Positions 1-30,992 of a stretch of DNA of 64,000 bases are shown piece after piece. Within the stretch, counting starts at the first letter, position 1, and each line of letters begins with the position of its first letter. Both the position numbers and the translations under genes were made by a program. The stretch is from Tubiluchus corallicola (taxonomy: Eukaryota; Animalia; Priapulida): contig JAQGDQ010000968.1 in NCBI GenBank assembly GCA_030141605.1, positions 10,747 to 74,746 of the forward strand, in the 5' to 3' direction. The notes under the pieces are model-generated. The model saw only the letters and a program-made list of their open reading frames with translations. It was not told where the DNA came from and did no database searches.

Positions 1-3000
1 GCGTGTTGCATCTGACCCAGCACGTATGCGATTTCGTGTCTGAACAGTGCACTGTCCTTGCATTTCAACCCTGGAACCGAAAAATGCATCAGTCAAAACT
101 AACAAGCAAATAATTAGATACGTAGCAAGAAATGTGATGCTAGATCACGTGTATGTGAATATGTTAAGTGATCATCTCTGACCAACATCACTATAACACA
201 CAAATAATTCCAAAAAATGCAGGCAACATTATCAGTAAGATGTCGATTGTTAGGAATTCGTTTAAAACTTAAATGCCACTTTCTGCGACGTTTTTATATG
301 GTACAATTGAAACCTACTAGAAAACTATTAACAGTTGTGTTGGCACAGTGCCAAGCTGCACTCAAACACATGAAACTTAGTCTAAAGTTATTAGTCATTA
401 TTGTGTTGAACTGCTGTATTATAGTGTATTTCAGCTTTAACAAGCCAACAGGGATTATATCTGTATCAATATCTGTATTGCATAGCAGATCAAACCATTT
501 TTTGTTGAAGGGGTGACCTACGTAACTTTACTGAAAACAAACTGTAATTTCTGTACAAAAATGTTAATTGTTCAAATGGAATTATTTATTAACGTTTAAA
601 AAGCTTTCAGGCCAGTAGCAATGATACCAACAAATGGATTGTTAAGTTTAACGACACACAAAAACCACAAAAGATTATTACAAAACCACAATAGATGATT
701 ATAATCCCTATGCTGTAGCTTGTTCATTGGTGAAGCCTGAAATACAAGTATTTAAATGCTACAGACTTCTTAAATGCTAAATACTTGTATTTCATGCTTT
801 AGCAATGAATCAGCTACAGCGTAGGGATTATAACAACCCATTGTGGTTTTTGTGTGTTGATATCCTATTGATAATATTGGTTGCATTTTCATTGTTGGAA
901 CCGAGTAGAAATATCAGATTCGGGTAATAAACAATGCGGGCAATTACTCAGGTACCCGGATACCCAATGAAAATGCTAGTAAGCACTATTTTCCTCTTCA
1001 AGCAAATGCCCACAGTTCATATCACATTATTTTGTCCAGTTTGTCTGTCTGTCTGTCTGTAACCCATAACCTCAACATAAATTGCAGTCTTAACAAACTA
1101 CATTGTGAAATTTGAAATCTGAACTTCACCAGCAGACTATGAAACCTGAACTACTCCTGCCCAACATACAATAGCCAGGACTCCTGTTACACCTCATTAA
1201 CTCTAGTTGAAACCCAGTAAATGGTATGCAAATAGACAGTACAGTAAACAGCTTAAGAAATAGGTAAATCATTTTTACAGGCAAACTACCAAAAGATGGC
1301 AGCACCTCCCTAACATACTACCACTTTCTGCCAAGTCTGTCTAAAAAAACATTAATTATGGCATAACTGCATAACAAAATGCATATTATCAAATTGTTTC
1401 CTTAACAATACACCCATTACAAAAGCAAATAATTAATGATTGTTTTAATGAGCTTGGTTAATTAAACTCAAAATTTATTTAATAAACCATCAAAATTAAT
1501 CACAGTCCTACTGTGCAACTACTCACCGTCAGCAAGAGCCAAAACTGCGTCTGTACCGCCCTGATTTCTCAAGGAAAACATCTCCCGATATCTATCAAAG
1601 AGTGGAAGGTCTTCATCTAGTAAAATGTCGCGTTGCTTTTGCACATCGCTTGCTTCGCTAGGTGGCGTCGGATCGACGGAAAGGTACGGATTAGCGGCAA
1701 GTACTTCTTTGTGACGCTCGGGACTGTGTAGCCATTTTATATTTCCTACTGCAAGTTCACATGTTTCTGCTACCTAGGAAAAGATTTCATTTTGCACTGA
1801 AGTAATGGTTGATTATTAACTAAACTCATATCTCCAGTTTGGCAGACCTCGGTTTTATGGATATCGGAAAATTCGAACAAAATCTGGTCTGTTAAAAGTC
1901 CCGCATGTTACGGACATAGTCCGTTTGTTGCGTGAGCTGACCGCTAATCGGTAGGCCGTCACTTTGTTTACATCACATACATCAGCGTAACCACGTGTAT
2001 ATCTCTATATATAAAAATATAGAACCGATTAAGCGGAGTTATTTTGCCGACAATTACAGACAGTTTTTACAAACTTTTGCATAGGAGCGGCCCGTACTAG
2101 ACGTTTCTGAGTCAATTAACCGATTGATTCTACATTACCGTGAGTTTAACACACGGTGCCAACAGTATTAGTTTAGTATTGGTAATACGGACAGTTGGCA
2201 AATTGGGACCGATATCTCCCCGCTTTTGTCCAGCAAACCGAGATATCAGTGCATTTATTTATTATTTATTAGGCACGCATAGATTACATGTAATAATGAA
2301 TATATAATATACTCAATTACATGTTGTAAATACATCATATTTTTATGTCAAGATCATTTCTGGCTTTTGTGCATTTTCTGTAAATTTATTAAGTGTTTTA
2401 TCGCGTTTTATTCAGTAAATGAAGCGTTTTTCATGGGGTAACGACAGATTTTTCTCAAGTAGTTAAATTATTTTCCTACTTAAACAAAAACAGAAAATAC
2501 GGACAATTGGCAAATTCGAACCGAAATCTCCCCATTTTTGATATGACTGTACATTAATAAATTAACCTGTTTTAGCAAATCATTGTACTTACTTCTACAG
2601 ATGAATCGTTGCAGTACTCTGTTAACAGCTTCAGCGTTTCTTCCCTTCCTATCGCACCCAAAGCTTCGCCTAAATAAATATAATCATCTCACAAATATAG
2701 ATGTACAATCAGCAATTAGATAATTGTCATTCGTTAAAGGAAAACTCAACCCAATTTTGACTTGTAGGTCAAAACAATCTACTCTTTAAAAGAGGAAACA
2801 GTATTTTTTTTAAAAATGACTTACGTGAAAAAATATTACTAGACAAATGCAATTTCGTGCATGCGTGGCTTGTTCTTTGCTGTTACATGCATTTCACCAT
2901 TTACTAGTTAGACGGGCACTAGCGCCTGCATTTGGGAAATGTGCTGCACAATAAACAGGAGCTCTCCCTCTCAGTTCAGATGTGTTAGTTTGTAACATAC

Positions 3001-4501
3001 TGCACATTTTCGACAACCCCAGCACAGAGGTAAATTTGAAATGTGAATTTTTATCTTAAAACTTGCCTAGTTTTAGTACAGCACACTGAATATCTTACAG
3101 CAGCACTGTACTTCAATTTTCGTTTTCGCAAACACGTGGAACACATTCAAGGAATATTTTTGCTGTTGAAAATTATGTTAGTTTGTGATGTCATCAAATT
3201 CAAGGGTTTGCCCGCTGGCAATTCAGAGTTTAATCTATTATTTAATTATCTTAAATGCTTCTGCAGTGTTACTGCGTTAAAATGCATACTTTTTGTCGGA
3301 CTTGAAAGTGAGGTAGCATATAGAAAATCATCCTGTCTTCCTTTAATCGTAAAGTCCTTACTGCCGTTTCAGTTATCGTCATGTTTACAAGTCACACTTT
3401 TAAGATTTAAAAGATGATACATTACACTCTTTGCCAAGCATTTAAATATGAAAGAATATACAAAAATAGCAATAATACTATTGCACGAATAAGTAAATAC
3501 CACGAGCTCACTGATTTCCAGGAAAATGTCCAAAGGAATAGAGTATGGGATGAAAAAAGGATGTATCCGATTCTGAGAGTTTCGGTTAACAGTCGATCCA
3601 CGGGGAATTTTCTTAGTTAAAAATTAGAAAATTTTATGTATAGAATGTATTTTATGTTTATGTATTAATATACAGCACTGCATAATACTAATTTAAATGA
3701 AAAACTTCCTTTTTTTCACTTTTCCTTTTTTGAATAAAACAACTACAAAAAAATCTGTGCAGCACTTCATACAGGAAGGAGCCTTATAGCGCTTCGGAAA
3801 GAAAGGTTTTGTTCAAAGAATTATGATAACAAATTTGTGACTTCCACAATCTATGCTAAGACTTTTGTACTTAAGCAACTCTGGCTAAGCAACTGTTCTT
3901 TGAGTTTTGATTACAATCAAAGAATCTATGATTCTGTACTGGCAGAACAAACACAAGCTTTATCATTACCAGACTTGTTTGACCTAAAAACAAAAGTACA
4001 GTTATCTGTACAACCCCCAGTTGCGTCAGAAGTTTGAAACGTACAAATTGAATTCCTTTTTTTTTATTTGCTGGCTTATAAATCAACTCACACAACATAA
4101 AAAATTAAAAACTAATCTGCAAACGCAGATCATCTCTGTGATGCTTAGTAGCTTGGGATTTACCACGATTACTACTCTGAATGATTATGACTCTAGTATG
4201 ACATTTGAACACAAACCACACCTGCTTCGTGACGGACCATTGGATGCTCTGATTTTGCTTGAAGTATCAGCTCTAAAACTGGAACAGCATGAGGATTCTG
4301 CATCTGACCAAGACAATACGCCAACTCATGTTTTAGCAAAGCAGAAGAATCGTTAAAACATTTCGCAATGCAATCAACAGATTCGTTTGTGCCAATGTTT
4401 CGCAAAGCAAATAAAGCTCTAAATCTTTGTTTCAAAGGCTTATCTGGATCACATAAAATATGACCAAGTTTTTCTGTTAGTATATACTCATTCTTATTCA
4501 T
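1..4501 (-). CDS. DOHH: Deoxyhypusine hydroxylase (HEAT-repeat eIF5A hydroxylase), multi-exon, 3' end beyond the left edge
   Basis: Exons 4501-4222, 2669-2593, 1773-1527 and 70-<1 have GT-AG boundaries and consistent phases. Spliced protein: [95 protein letters not shown], with the His-Glu iron-binding motifs. Confidence 0.95.
682..850. repeat. Fold-back inverted repeat (~70-bp arms, ~20-nt loop) in a DOHH intron
   Basis: aaaaccacaat..ttataatccctatgctgtagct..tgaaatacaagtattta is matched in reverse complement by taaatacttgtatttca..agctacagcgtagggattataa..attgtggtttt. Confidence 0.85.
1826..2545. mobile_element. Dispersed non-autonomous repeat (family A); second copy inverted at ~19715-20632
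   Basis: Long stretches such as ttacatgtaata, tttgtccagcaaaccgagatat and aaatgaagcgtttttcatg recur in reverse complement in the last mago intron. Boundaries are approximate. Confidence 0.7.
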
Positions 4502-6714
4502 GCTTAGACAGACGCTGTGAAATAACGCAATTTAAGAATTTTTCAATAGAACTACAAAAATCTTAAAGACACGTTTCTCGAAGCACTACGGGAGCTCTTT
4601 AACATCGTCAGAAAGCAAACACAAATCTCATACCATGTTACTTTCTACCGCCAACCACATTTAATTGTAATTTCGGCAGCGTTTTGCCAGCACACAGTTT
4701 TTCAGCAACAGTGTTAGTATAATTCTAGATTGAAATCACTCTCATTTGACAGCACTTCTCAATTGCACCATCTTTTTAGCTCATTGTAGTTTTCTGATAG
4801 GCTTTATTTATTAGAAGTTATTTTTAAACCACTGTTTATTAGGTTGCACGCAACAGTTTATAACTGACAAAAAGATTAACTGATAAAACACACTTATTAT
4901 GGTGCTAGTCGCGCAATTCCATAAGTAGATTCTAAGAACGATTGAAGTGGGAGTGACAGCTTAACTTTTGAAAGCCCTGTTAACTTCTGAGTTATCCTGA
5001 GGTTTTTCAGTATGATGGACCCAAAGTTCTTATGCTGTATAAAGAACTATTGGACCTCATTTGGAGTTTTCAGTTCTGTGTTGTATCGTTAAGTGGCAAA
5101 GTTGATAATGATCGGTGCTACTGAGCAAGTACAACATTATCCAACAAAAATGTTAACTCTTTAGTTTTCAAACCATTAAAATGTAAATAATCTGAGAACT
5201 GGTATTGGAGTATGGGATACATAATTTATGACTGAAACTTGCAAAAATCCTGGTGAAGTGAGATGTTTACACCAGTTCTGAACTGTTCTAAATCGGATAT
5301 TGTTAGAAGCACTAAGGAAGACCAAATTTAAAAGCAAATAGATCGGTCAAACACCCCCCCCCCCCCCCGCGCGCGCTCCAATACACCGAAACAGCTTTCC
5401 ACGGCCTGCAAATGTATTTAATTAGTTCGTGGCAAAACCGTGCAAAAAGAAATAAGCGGTGCCTTCTTTTGTTAGTGCATTTTTGTTGAGATGCGAAACG
5501 ACATGGTGCGTTACACATAAAACGTGAAATGCTGGAAATCCTGTAATGAATGTATCTGAATTTCGAGCGTCCGTTCACTAAAGAATTTTAAGTAAATTTA
5601 TGGAGCTAGGTAATTCTTAACGTGGCGGGCATGATGATGAACACCAGTTGGACGCTAGTTTAAACCTGATGGACGACGCTATTACACTTTCGCACCTCCC
5701 ACTTTTTTGTTTATTTTAACTACCGTCTATTAAGTCCATTAAATTAGTGGCTAGACGACCAACTTACGTCCTTGGCATCCATATTACGTTCATCACATGC
5801 ATTCATTCATGACACGCCCCTGTGTGTGTTGAACAAAGTTTTTAAGTTGCTTGTTAAATATATTTTCTTTTACCATGATTATATGATTATTAAGTGAAAT
5901 ATTATAATATGCCTGTATTGTATCACTACTTTAGTTTGTTGTTTGCATAAAAACATGCTTACCCTAATCTATAAGTCTTGTCTGTATTTGGTATGTAATG
6001 ACTGCATTTCAACTAAAATTTTGTTTTGGCAAATATTCAAATTATTATTATTAACAGTAGCAGCTTTTGGCTAAAATTATTTGGGTTGCTGCTTCAGAAA
6101 ATCTTTAGCTATTGTTTTAATTCTATGTAAAGTGAAACAAACATAATTATGTAATTTTAATTTCATAATTTGTAAGTGTAATTTTAAACAAACAAACATA
6201 CTAAAATTTATACATAAACTTGATAAAATCCTAAACAAAAAATATTGTTTGCGTACAAATAGGTTGAATTATCGTATTTAAAGCTTGATCCATTCACGGT
6301 AAGTACGTAACAACTGACAAAAAACTGTGTGAGCGACAGTACTTTCTCTACCTGGGTTCAGGGCATGGCCACATGTGTACAACAGTCAAACACCACTATG
6401 CTGGGCTGTGAAGCAAACAATACTACCCTCACATGTTCCGGTTTTGTACAAGTAAAAAAAAGATCTAAAGAAAAAGACTTATTATATTGAATTTTATCTG
6501 TAATATCGAGCAAAAATAGGCGGTGCTGCAGTTGCACACTACCTATATACAAGCCTGTGTAACTACCTATACAAGCCTTAAAACGTGAGACTAACTGTTA
6601 GTTGGAATATTTGGTAATAAATGAACTTATTTTGAAATTTTTCAGAGTTTTTGTATTATGCCTGGCACAATCGGATGTAAATAAACTACGAAGTTTAACT
6701 TGCTTCTTCTCACG

Positions 6715-16565
<9,851 letters not shown>

Positions 16566-16575
<10 letters not shown>

Positions 16576-16856
16576 CAAAGAAATCATCTGTTTCCCTCAA
16601 CGAGGGTAGATGTAGCCAAGACACCTCGGTGGATCCAGTGCCTCATCCTCATGACAAATACACTAGTTAGCACTCGCTTGAAATCATCTGACTGTTTCCC
16701 TCAACGAGGATGGATGTAGCCAAGACACCTCGGTGGATCCAGTGCCTCATCCTCATGACAAATACACTAGTTAGCACTCGCTTGAAATCATCTGACTGTT
16801 TCCCTCAACGAGGATGGATGTAACCAAGACACCTCGGTGGATCCAGTGCCTCATCT
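16566..16856. repeat. Tandem repeat (104-bp unit, 3 copies, first one shorter) starting on the MTG1 stop codon
   Basis: cctcatgacaaa occurs at 16568, 16647 and 16751. The first occurrence contains the terminal TCA TGA. Confidence 0.9.
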
Positions 16857-19229
16857 TAGAGGAATAGTTTTGATGAGTTAGGTTTCGCTTTCGCCACAAC
16901 TAAGTATTCCCTGCCATCAAGTACAGTGTGTAAAAAACGTGTTAGGCAGGGATGTGCCAATATGCAAACTTTTGTCCGATACCGATTATTGGCCAATCCG
17001 ATATCAGACCTGACATGATATGGTATTAAAAGTTATGCAACAGTAACTGCTGTTTATGTTGTGATTGTGGAATGTCAGGGAATTATGACATTAGCTTGAA
17101 AATAAGATGATTTATTGACTATTTTCATAGTTATAATTGACATTTTTGTCCTTCTATAAAGTACTGTGTACTAGTTTTGTGTTTATAGCTACAGTTTTAT
17201 TATTAATACCTTTAGTTTATCTTTGTTCCGCTTCGTATAATTTACTCAACTACATATTTCACTCCCGATAGCAATTCGGTTTTTAATCGCACACAAAATC
17301 AACACGTGAAAAAATAAATAAAAATGATGATGATGATATTTCATATACAATTGCAAACGTGAAGGAAACATGCGATAGATTGATAACGACCTTCACAAGC
17401 AATGAACTTGAAAATATTTGCGTTTCACTCGATTATGTATCAGATTGGCAAATCCCTGATCTCTACCCGTGTAATTATTTAACTAACTTTCTGAAATGCC
17501 AGTTTTACGAATTTGACTTATTTTAGCTATTTTTGCAGTCGGATTTAGCTGCATTTGACTCAGTTTTGTCAGGAATTTGACTTGGAAATGACCCGAGGAC
17601 GGTGCATGTTGAACAACTGGCATAAATCAATGCAATAAATCGATAACATCTTGCAACTCAACTAACAGAAATTATCGTTACATTTTTTCTCATTTTTTGT
17701 TAGTTACGCGAATGCGAACTTAAACTTTTCGTCCAACTCGTCAACGAATTTATATCGATTTATTAAATTAGTGTTCAATTGTTGAATAAATTGATTTGTG
17801 CAAGGTGTAATCACGATTAATTTAATGAATTGCCCATCACTACATACAGTTACAATTACAGAATATTTATCGACACGTTCCCAAAAGCAAAACAAATTGT
17901 GAAACTCATACCCTCACAAAAAGTAAAAAAATTGTAATTTGCCCTAAATCAACTGATACAATAACAAAATTACTAAAATCCGCTCACACTAAGCACAAAT
18001 GCTGACTGTACATACTTGGTAAGGTATAGAAGACGTTACAAAATTTATTTACAATCATCTACTGTATACAATAACATGCATAAGAATTAATACAATTGCT
18101 TAACTTGTCCACACAGTGAATTCACGAACATCAGACATATATAGAAGAACTACAAAACGCAAAGCAATCTAATTTCTACTGGTTCAACGCAACTCCAAGT
18201 ACATTTGCAAAAACCGTTCACAAAAAAAATAAAAAGATATATAAACAAGTCGCATGCACGACGAAAACATTTCCTTATGCGTCAAAGTTTTGACGATATT
18301 CTCGCCATTTTGGAAATTTTGGCGTCATTTTTTGCCTAAGCGACGTGCTAAATTGGCTACAGAGAATCAAGATACCAACATTAAGGCATGTTTTATGATC
18401 AAAAATGTGTCTATGAAACCTTTACAAATGAATAAACGTGGTTACTGCGGCGAGACTACCTTGGTCTATTTGCAAGGACGGCAGTTTTGTTAAAATAATA
18501 CACACTCCCCGACTGGCATCTACAACACCCATGTGTGGAAAAACTGATAATCAGTTTTGCCTTTTCTATTTAGAACTTAAACTAAATGCGATTTAAAGCA
18601 TTTAATACAATGGTTCGCAAAATGGGCACATGCAGGTGGAAGGATATGAGGGAAAAGGAGGGGACTGGGCGGCATTAGGAGCAGTTAATAAATAACCTTT
18701 TATTTTGTTACAAGGTCATAAACACTAAGGTAAAGAGTTCATAAGAAACGAGGAGTTTAGAAAGAAGAAAAATGACATAAGAATTATAAATATGCATAGT
18801 TTTGTTACTAAAGCTGTTAATGTATCAAAAGTCACACGTACTTAATCTTGTCGTTTTGAGGATGTGCGTTTGCACCAAAATAAAAATAAAGTTCGCAATG
18901 AGGGATGTTAGGAAATAAAGGGGGCGCTAGCGTGGGTAAGTTTGGGAACCACCGGTAAGGGAAGTATCAATGAAAGGTAAAGAGAAATGAAACTCACGAT
19001 AAACTGTTAGCAAACGTGACTATATTGTTCAGCGTCTACTGACTTACTCCACTGACGTCTCAGCTTCAGCTTTGCTATAATTACACAAAATCATCAGAAT
19101 CTATGAAAATTACAAATCCACAAAACGTTGGACTTAACAGAATGCAGTGCAATTTTACAGAAATCTTAATACGGTAAAACATTTAGCATACGTCGCACAA
19201 TTATATCTACAACGACAAGTGATGCGATG

Positions 19230-24499
<5,270 letters not shown>

Positions 24500-24642
24500 T
24501 TCTTCTTAATTCCAGCAAAAATAACAAAAACTACTACGCAAGAAGAAACGCGTTGCGCGTGGTTCAGAATACGAATTCAACAAGGAATTCAAAAATAAGT
24601 TCAATTCAACTCGTTTCGTTTTTTAACTTATTGGAAACCATG

Positions 24643-24764
<122 letters not shown>

Positions 24765-26214
24765 TTCAATTGCTTCAAAGTGGCATTAAATGACAAGAAA
24801 ATAGTCAAGATACTAGTAGACATATTAAATCATTCAGTCCGATAAATATATATTAATTCTAACAATTTATTTATTTGGAAATACAGATTTATAGTGTAAT
24901 ATGAAAACGAAATATGCTTATGGGATATATAATATCATATAATAATAACGTATAATATTATATAATGTATGAAACGTATAATAATGATCATGATATTATG
25001 ACAGGTTGCATATATCATAGATGGAGAAGAATCAGAAGTAAAAACTTTATACCTATACCAATGGCAAATTCTTAGGCCAATTTAGTTTCCACTCAAGTTG
25101 TTTTTCAAAATGTCTTTGATTGGGTGGAAGTCAGAAGAATTTCTGTGCCATTCAGTTTGAAGGAAAAAATCAACCTTGGGGTTTTCGCTATGCTACTTTA
25201 ATCATATTTCTCTCTTGCTTAAAAAGCACAAGAAAACCTACATAAAGCTTAAAACATAGGCTTGGAAATTTTATATCCTTTACATGTTGTCTTTTGCATA
25301 CAGGACGTGGGTCGACTGCAAACCTGTATAAAATTTGTAAATTTAAACTCCTGTGATGACCGCTAGATGCTGCCATTTTGACGATAAGTCATTTGAAACA
25401 ATATCAAATAACACTGAGTAAAGTTTGAAAAAATAATCAGAGCATTTGTACTGCACATGTCACCAACTAACTAAAATAAATTTTAAATTACTGCAACTTG
25501 TCAATAAGATTAAAAATACGTTTTTTGGTTCGTGAGTCGTGCATCCTGGAGGTGAGTCAGTGACATTTTACCAATCGGTGAAAACATTTTAAATAGCTAA
25601 TACCTTTCGTTTCTAGTTACATAAGTCTTTCAAGCATGTAAGCAAAATGCTAAGTAACTTTGCATGAAAAGCTTTTTGGGACATAACTTAACATTTCCTT
25701 TTCTTTTCCAGATTTACGTTGTGCATATATGACGTCATGTAATGGCTCTGTCAGAACAGTATTGCGGGAAACTTAAAATGAAAACAAACAAAAGATCCTT
25801 TCAAGGTGATTATGATATATGCATAAAATTACTACAAAGTAATATAATTTTTAAGGTGATTTTTCTGAAGCCTACTTCAGGTCTCCCCTTTCTTGTCCTT
25901 TAAATGCCATGCGAGCTGTGCTAAGCTTTCTCACAAAATATTAGAACAATATTTTTTTATTAATTTTTGCGATTAATTGTTTAGTCTGCTTTGATGACAC
26001 GAATAATTGTTCCGTTCTGTTGTGTACCATACTCCAAAGAAAGCAGTGGCATTACACCCTATAGTTGCACAACAGAGTGCATTGTGCAATTATGTAATTA
26101 ATCTGCCAGCACAACCCAGAAAAGTTTGTCGATCTTAGCCTGTCTCAATAGTGGCAAGATGTCTTACAGCACGGTCCACGATCATTGAGTGCCGCTGTTT
26201 TTTTAATGCAATCA

Positions 26215-27262
26215 TGTCATTTACTAAAGCAAAAGAAGAATTATGTAATAAAGCAAGAAAAGCTTTTTTTCAAATTCAAGCAAAAATTCTGAGGGGATAA
26301 TGTAAGCTGTAAAATATTAATGCACTTATTTGATAGTTTAATCAAACCAAAAACATTATATGGTTCAGAGTGTTGGTCCGGTTCTTGTTTAATAGTAGGA
26401 AAATATCAAAAAAATAATGAAATTACAGTTGAAAATATATACGATGATTTGCCTATGGAATTACCTAATGTATAGTTGTGTAAATTTGTTCATGCCATCA
26501 ATAAATTTCCAGTTAATCACATGGTTAGGGGAGAGCTAGGTAGCTTCCCTCTATAAGTAGACTTTATAATAAGACAATAAAATTCTGGCTTAAAATACTG
26601 AACTCCCTACAAAATACATTGATGTACAAAACCTACGAAGAAAATAAAAGTATTCTTAACCAAAATGTGGGATGTTGGTTACAATTTGTAAGAAACATTT
26701 TACGTTATTTGGGCTGTTCTCATATTTGGGAACAGCAAGGGGTTGATAAAACCAAATCTTTTCTACATGCTTTAAGGGAGAAACTACAGTCATATTATAA
26801 GATTTACTGGAAGGAATGTGTTACAAAAGAAACCGGCAAAACAGGTGAAACTAATAAACTACGAAACTATTCAAAATTTAAGCAAGGATTCGAAGCCGAA
26901 AAGTATCTTCTTTTTATATATAATGATGTACTAAGATCAAACTTTACTATACTGCATATCAGTTCTCACAACTTGTATATAAAAAAAGCCGACATTGTTT
27001 ACCAAATGTACCTGTTAACAATCGAATATGTAAATGTTGCAATGAAGGAAAAATTGAAGATGAAATGCATTTTGTACTTGACTGTAAAAATTACTATGAT
27101 TTAAGGTTAAATTTATTGAGCTAGCTCTATTGCGAAAATTTTTCCTGCTCTTTTTAGTCTACCTAAACTTCTTTTGCTCTTAAGAGGTAGTGATTTTGAA
27201 ATGAAAAACTTAGTATCAAGATATATTACTGATGGTTTTATGAAACGAAATTTACAAAATTG
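26215..27262 (+). mobile_element. Degraded 3' portion of a non-LTR retrotransposon ORF2; copies at ~40865-41900 (+) and ~34586-35621 (-)
   Basis: Remnant peptide NKLRTYSKFK..E.YL..RS.FT.L.ISSH.L.IE..R......RIC.CC....EDEMHFVLDC..Y is a C-terminal CCHC-type zinc-knuckle region typical of LINE reverse transcriptases. Frameshifts and stops lie upstream. Clade not determined. Confidence 0.8.
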
Positions 27263-27506
27263 AGCTTACCTGTTGTTCTATTTAATAGTGTAAGATCTTC
27301 ATTTTATACAATAATTCTAACGCTTCATTTAAATGTATGTTACCATTTTGTAAAATGTAATTATAATATAATACTAGGTTCTACAGTATAAACTTGTTGG
27401 AAGATGTAATTGCAATTATAAAATTCTTTGTGTTCTAAACTTTGCAAATAACTTAACATAATATAATATAATTGATATATTTAACCACTGTAAAATTTCG
27501 TACTGT

Positions 27507-27703
<197 letters not shown>

Positions 27704-27968
27704 GTGTTTTATTGTGTTGACGATTATACCCGTGTGTGGAGTTTAGTCTTTGTAGTTTTTTCTTCATTGTAATGTACTGCATTGTTTATGTAATGTTTTG
27801 TAAGTTGTAATTGTAATTGCATGGCTTGTAAATTGTCAATAAATATTATATATAATCAATGGCTGGTTTTACAGTCATGTGTTTCCTTCAGTACGAGTAG
27901 ATGGGCGCCAGTTACTTTAGTTTTACTGTACTTGAGCCCATCTATCCGGTACGCGCTTTGTCAAGGAT

Positions 27969-29510
<1,542 letters not shown>

Positions 29511-29816
29511 TAATTATATTGTTAGGCTATAATAGTTACGCATTTGAGCAACACGTTCACACCGGCACCTAGGTAATGTAAAATATTCAACCTATATTTG
29601 TAATTTATCGTGTTTTACTGAAAGCGCACAGAGTTATAATCAATTCAATGTTGCAAAGCGCTAAAAACGTGTAGCATGTTTTGACAAACTGTTTGAGAAA
29701 ACAAACAGGCTCTTGGCAGAAGGAATAATAATCATAATAGCACAAGCAAGTTTGTTGGAAATTTGACAAGCAAACATTGAGTTCTTTTCTTGTTGTATCG
29801 GTAAGGAAGTGTTAGT

Positions 29817-30275
29817 CAGGGATGAGAATGACAAATTGCAAAAACAGGCCGGGGGTTTTGGGGCCGCGTAGGTCATAGAGAATGTCTAAGTGGACTTAAA
29901 ATTTAAAATATCAGTTACCTTGTTTCGTGTATAATTTAAAATACTCAACTATCAAGGATACATGATAACTAATTGTCTCAAAAACGCCTAAGTACTGGCC
30001 GCTCCTATGCAAAAGTATATAAAAACTGTCTGCAATTGACTCAAATAACTCCGCATAATTGATTCTATATTTTTATACATAGAGATATACACGTGGTTAC
30101 ACTGATGTACGTGATGTAAACAAAGTGACGGCCTGCCAACTAGCAGTCAGCTTGTGAAATAATGTACTGGGTCGGTAAAAATTTTCTCAACGAATTTACG
30201 CGATTTACAAAAATGGCACTACTGGTCTTCCAAAAACTCGGAATTCCGCTTATCAGCGGAAAATTCTCATCCCTG
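29817..30275. mobile_element. hAT-like MITE with CAGGGATGAGAAT terminal inverted repeats (mirror copy 46211-46669)
   Basis: cagggatgagaat...attctcatccctg, flanked by 8-bp gtgttagt / gtgttagc (TSD with 1 mismatch). Confidence 0.85.
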
Positions 30276-30710
30276 GTGTTAGCAACGCTTCAAAGATTTG
30301 TTTTAAACAGTTTACTGCAAGATTGTGTTGACATGAAGGTAGAAAAGCTTGCACTACACGTGAAGTTTCACTTTTACACTGTCTGAAACACCACAAATGT
30401 AGTCTCATCTACGCACTGCTTAGGATTAGTTAAAAATCGCACTGACCGCCACTGCGCCTCGATAAAGCGTTTTTCCTGCGATGCAAATATTTATTAATAC
30501 CAAAACTGTTGTGTATACCTTCATTATGGGTGTAGGACTATTGAACGACTTACATCTCACAGAAAAGAGCCCATGTACCTCTAATATTTTTTCACGACTT
30601 CCATTATGTAATAGCAAGTGACTGCTAACTGTCTCACAGGTGACCGCAGGCATGTACAGAAGATAAAGTGTTTATTAGTTGCCAGAAACTTCGGACTTGT
30701 CAAAATTGTA

Positions 30711-30992
30711 CATTCAACCTCGTATATAAGGGACACCTCCGGAATCGGAAAAAATCGTCCCTTATAGCCGAAGTGGAGTCAGACCGAGGGTGTATTTAGA
30801 CTTGTACGTTTCTGTAAAACTGCAAAAGTTTACGAAAAACTGAGGTTAAAAATCGATCAATTTCGCTTTGATCATAGGGTCCCTTATATACGAGGTAATT
30901 TACCTGGGTTTCTATTACGCGGGACCTGAAGATATCGTCCCTTAAAAGCGAATGCCCCTTATAAGCGAGTACCTTATACCCGAGGTTGACTG
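30711..30992. mobile_element. Tc1/mariner (pogo/Tigger-like) MITE (mirror copy 45494-45775)
   Basis: TA|cattcaacctcgtatataag ... cttatacccgaggttgactg|TA, with repeated internal (c)ccttata / tataaggga motifs. Confidence 0.8.
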
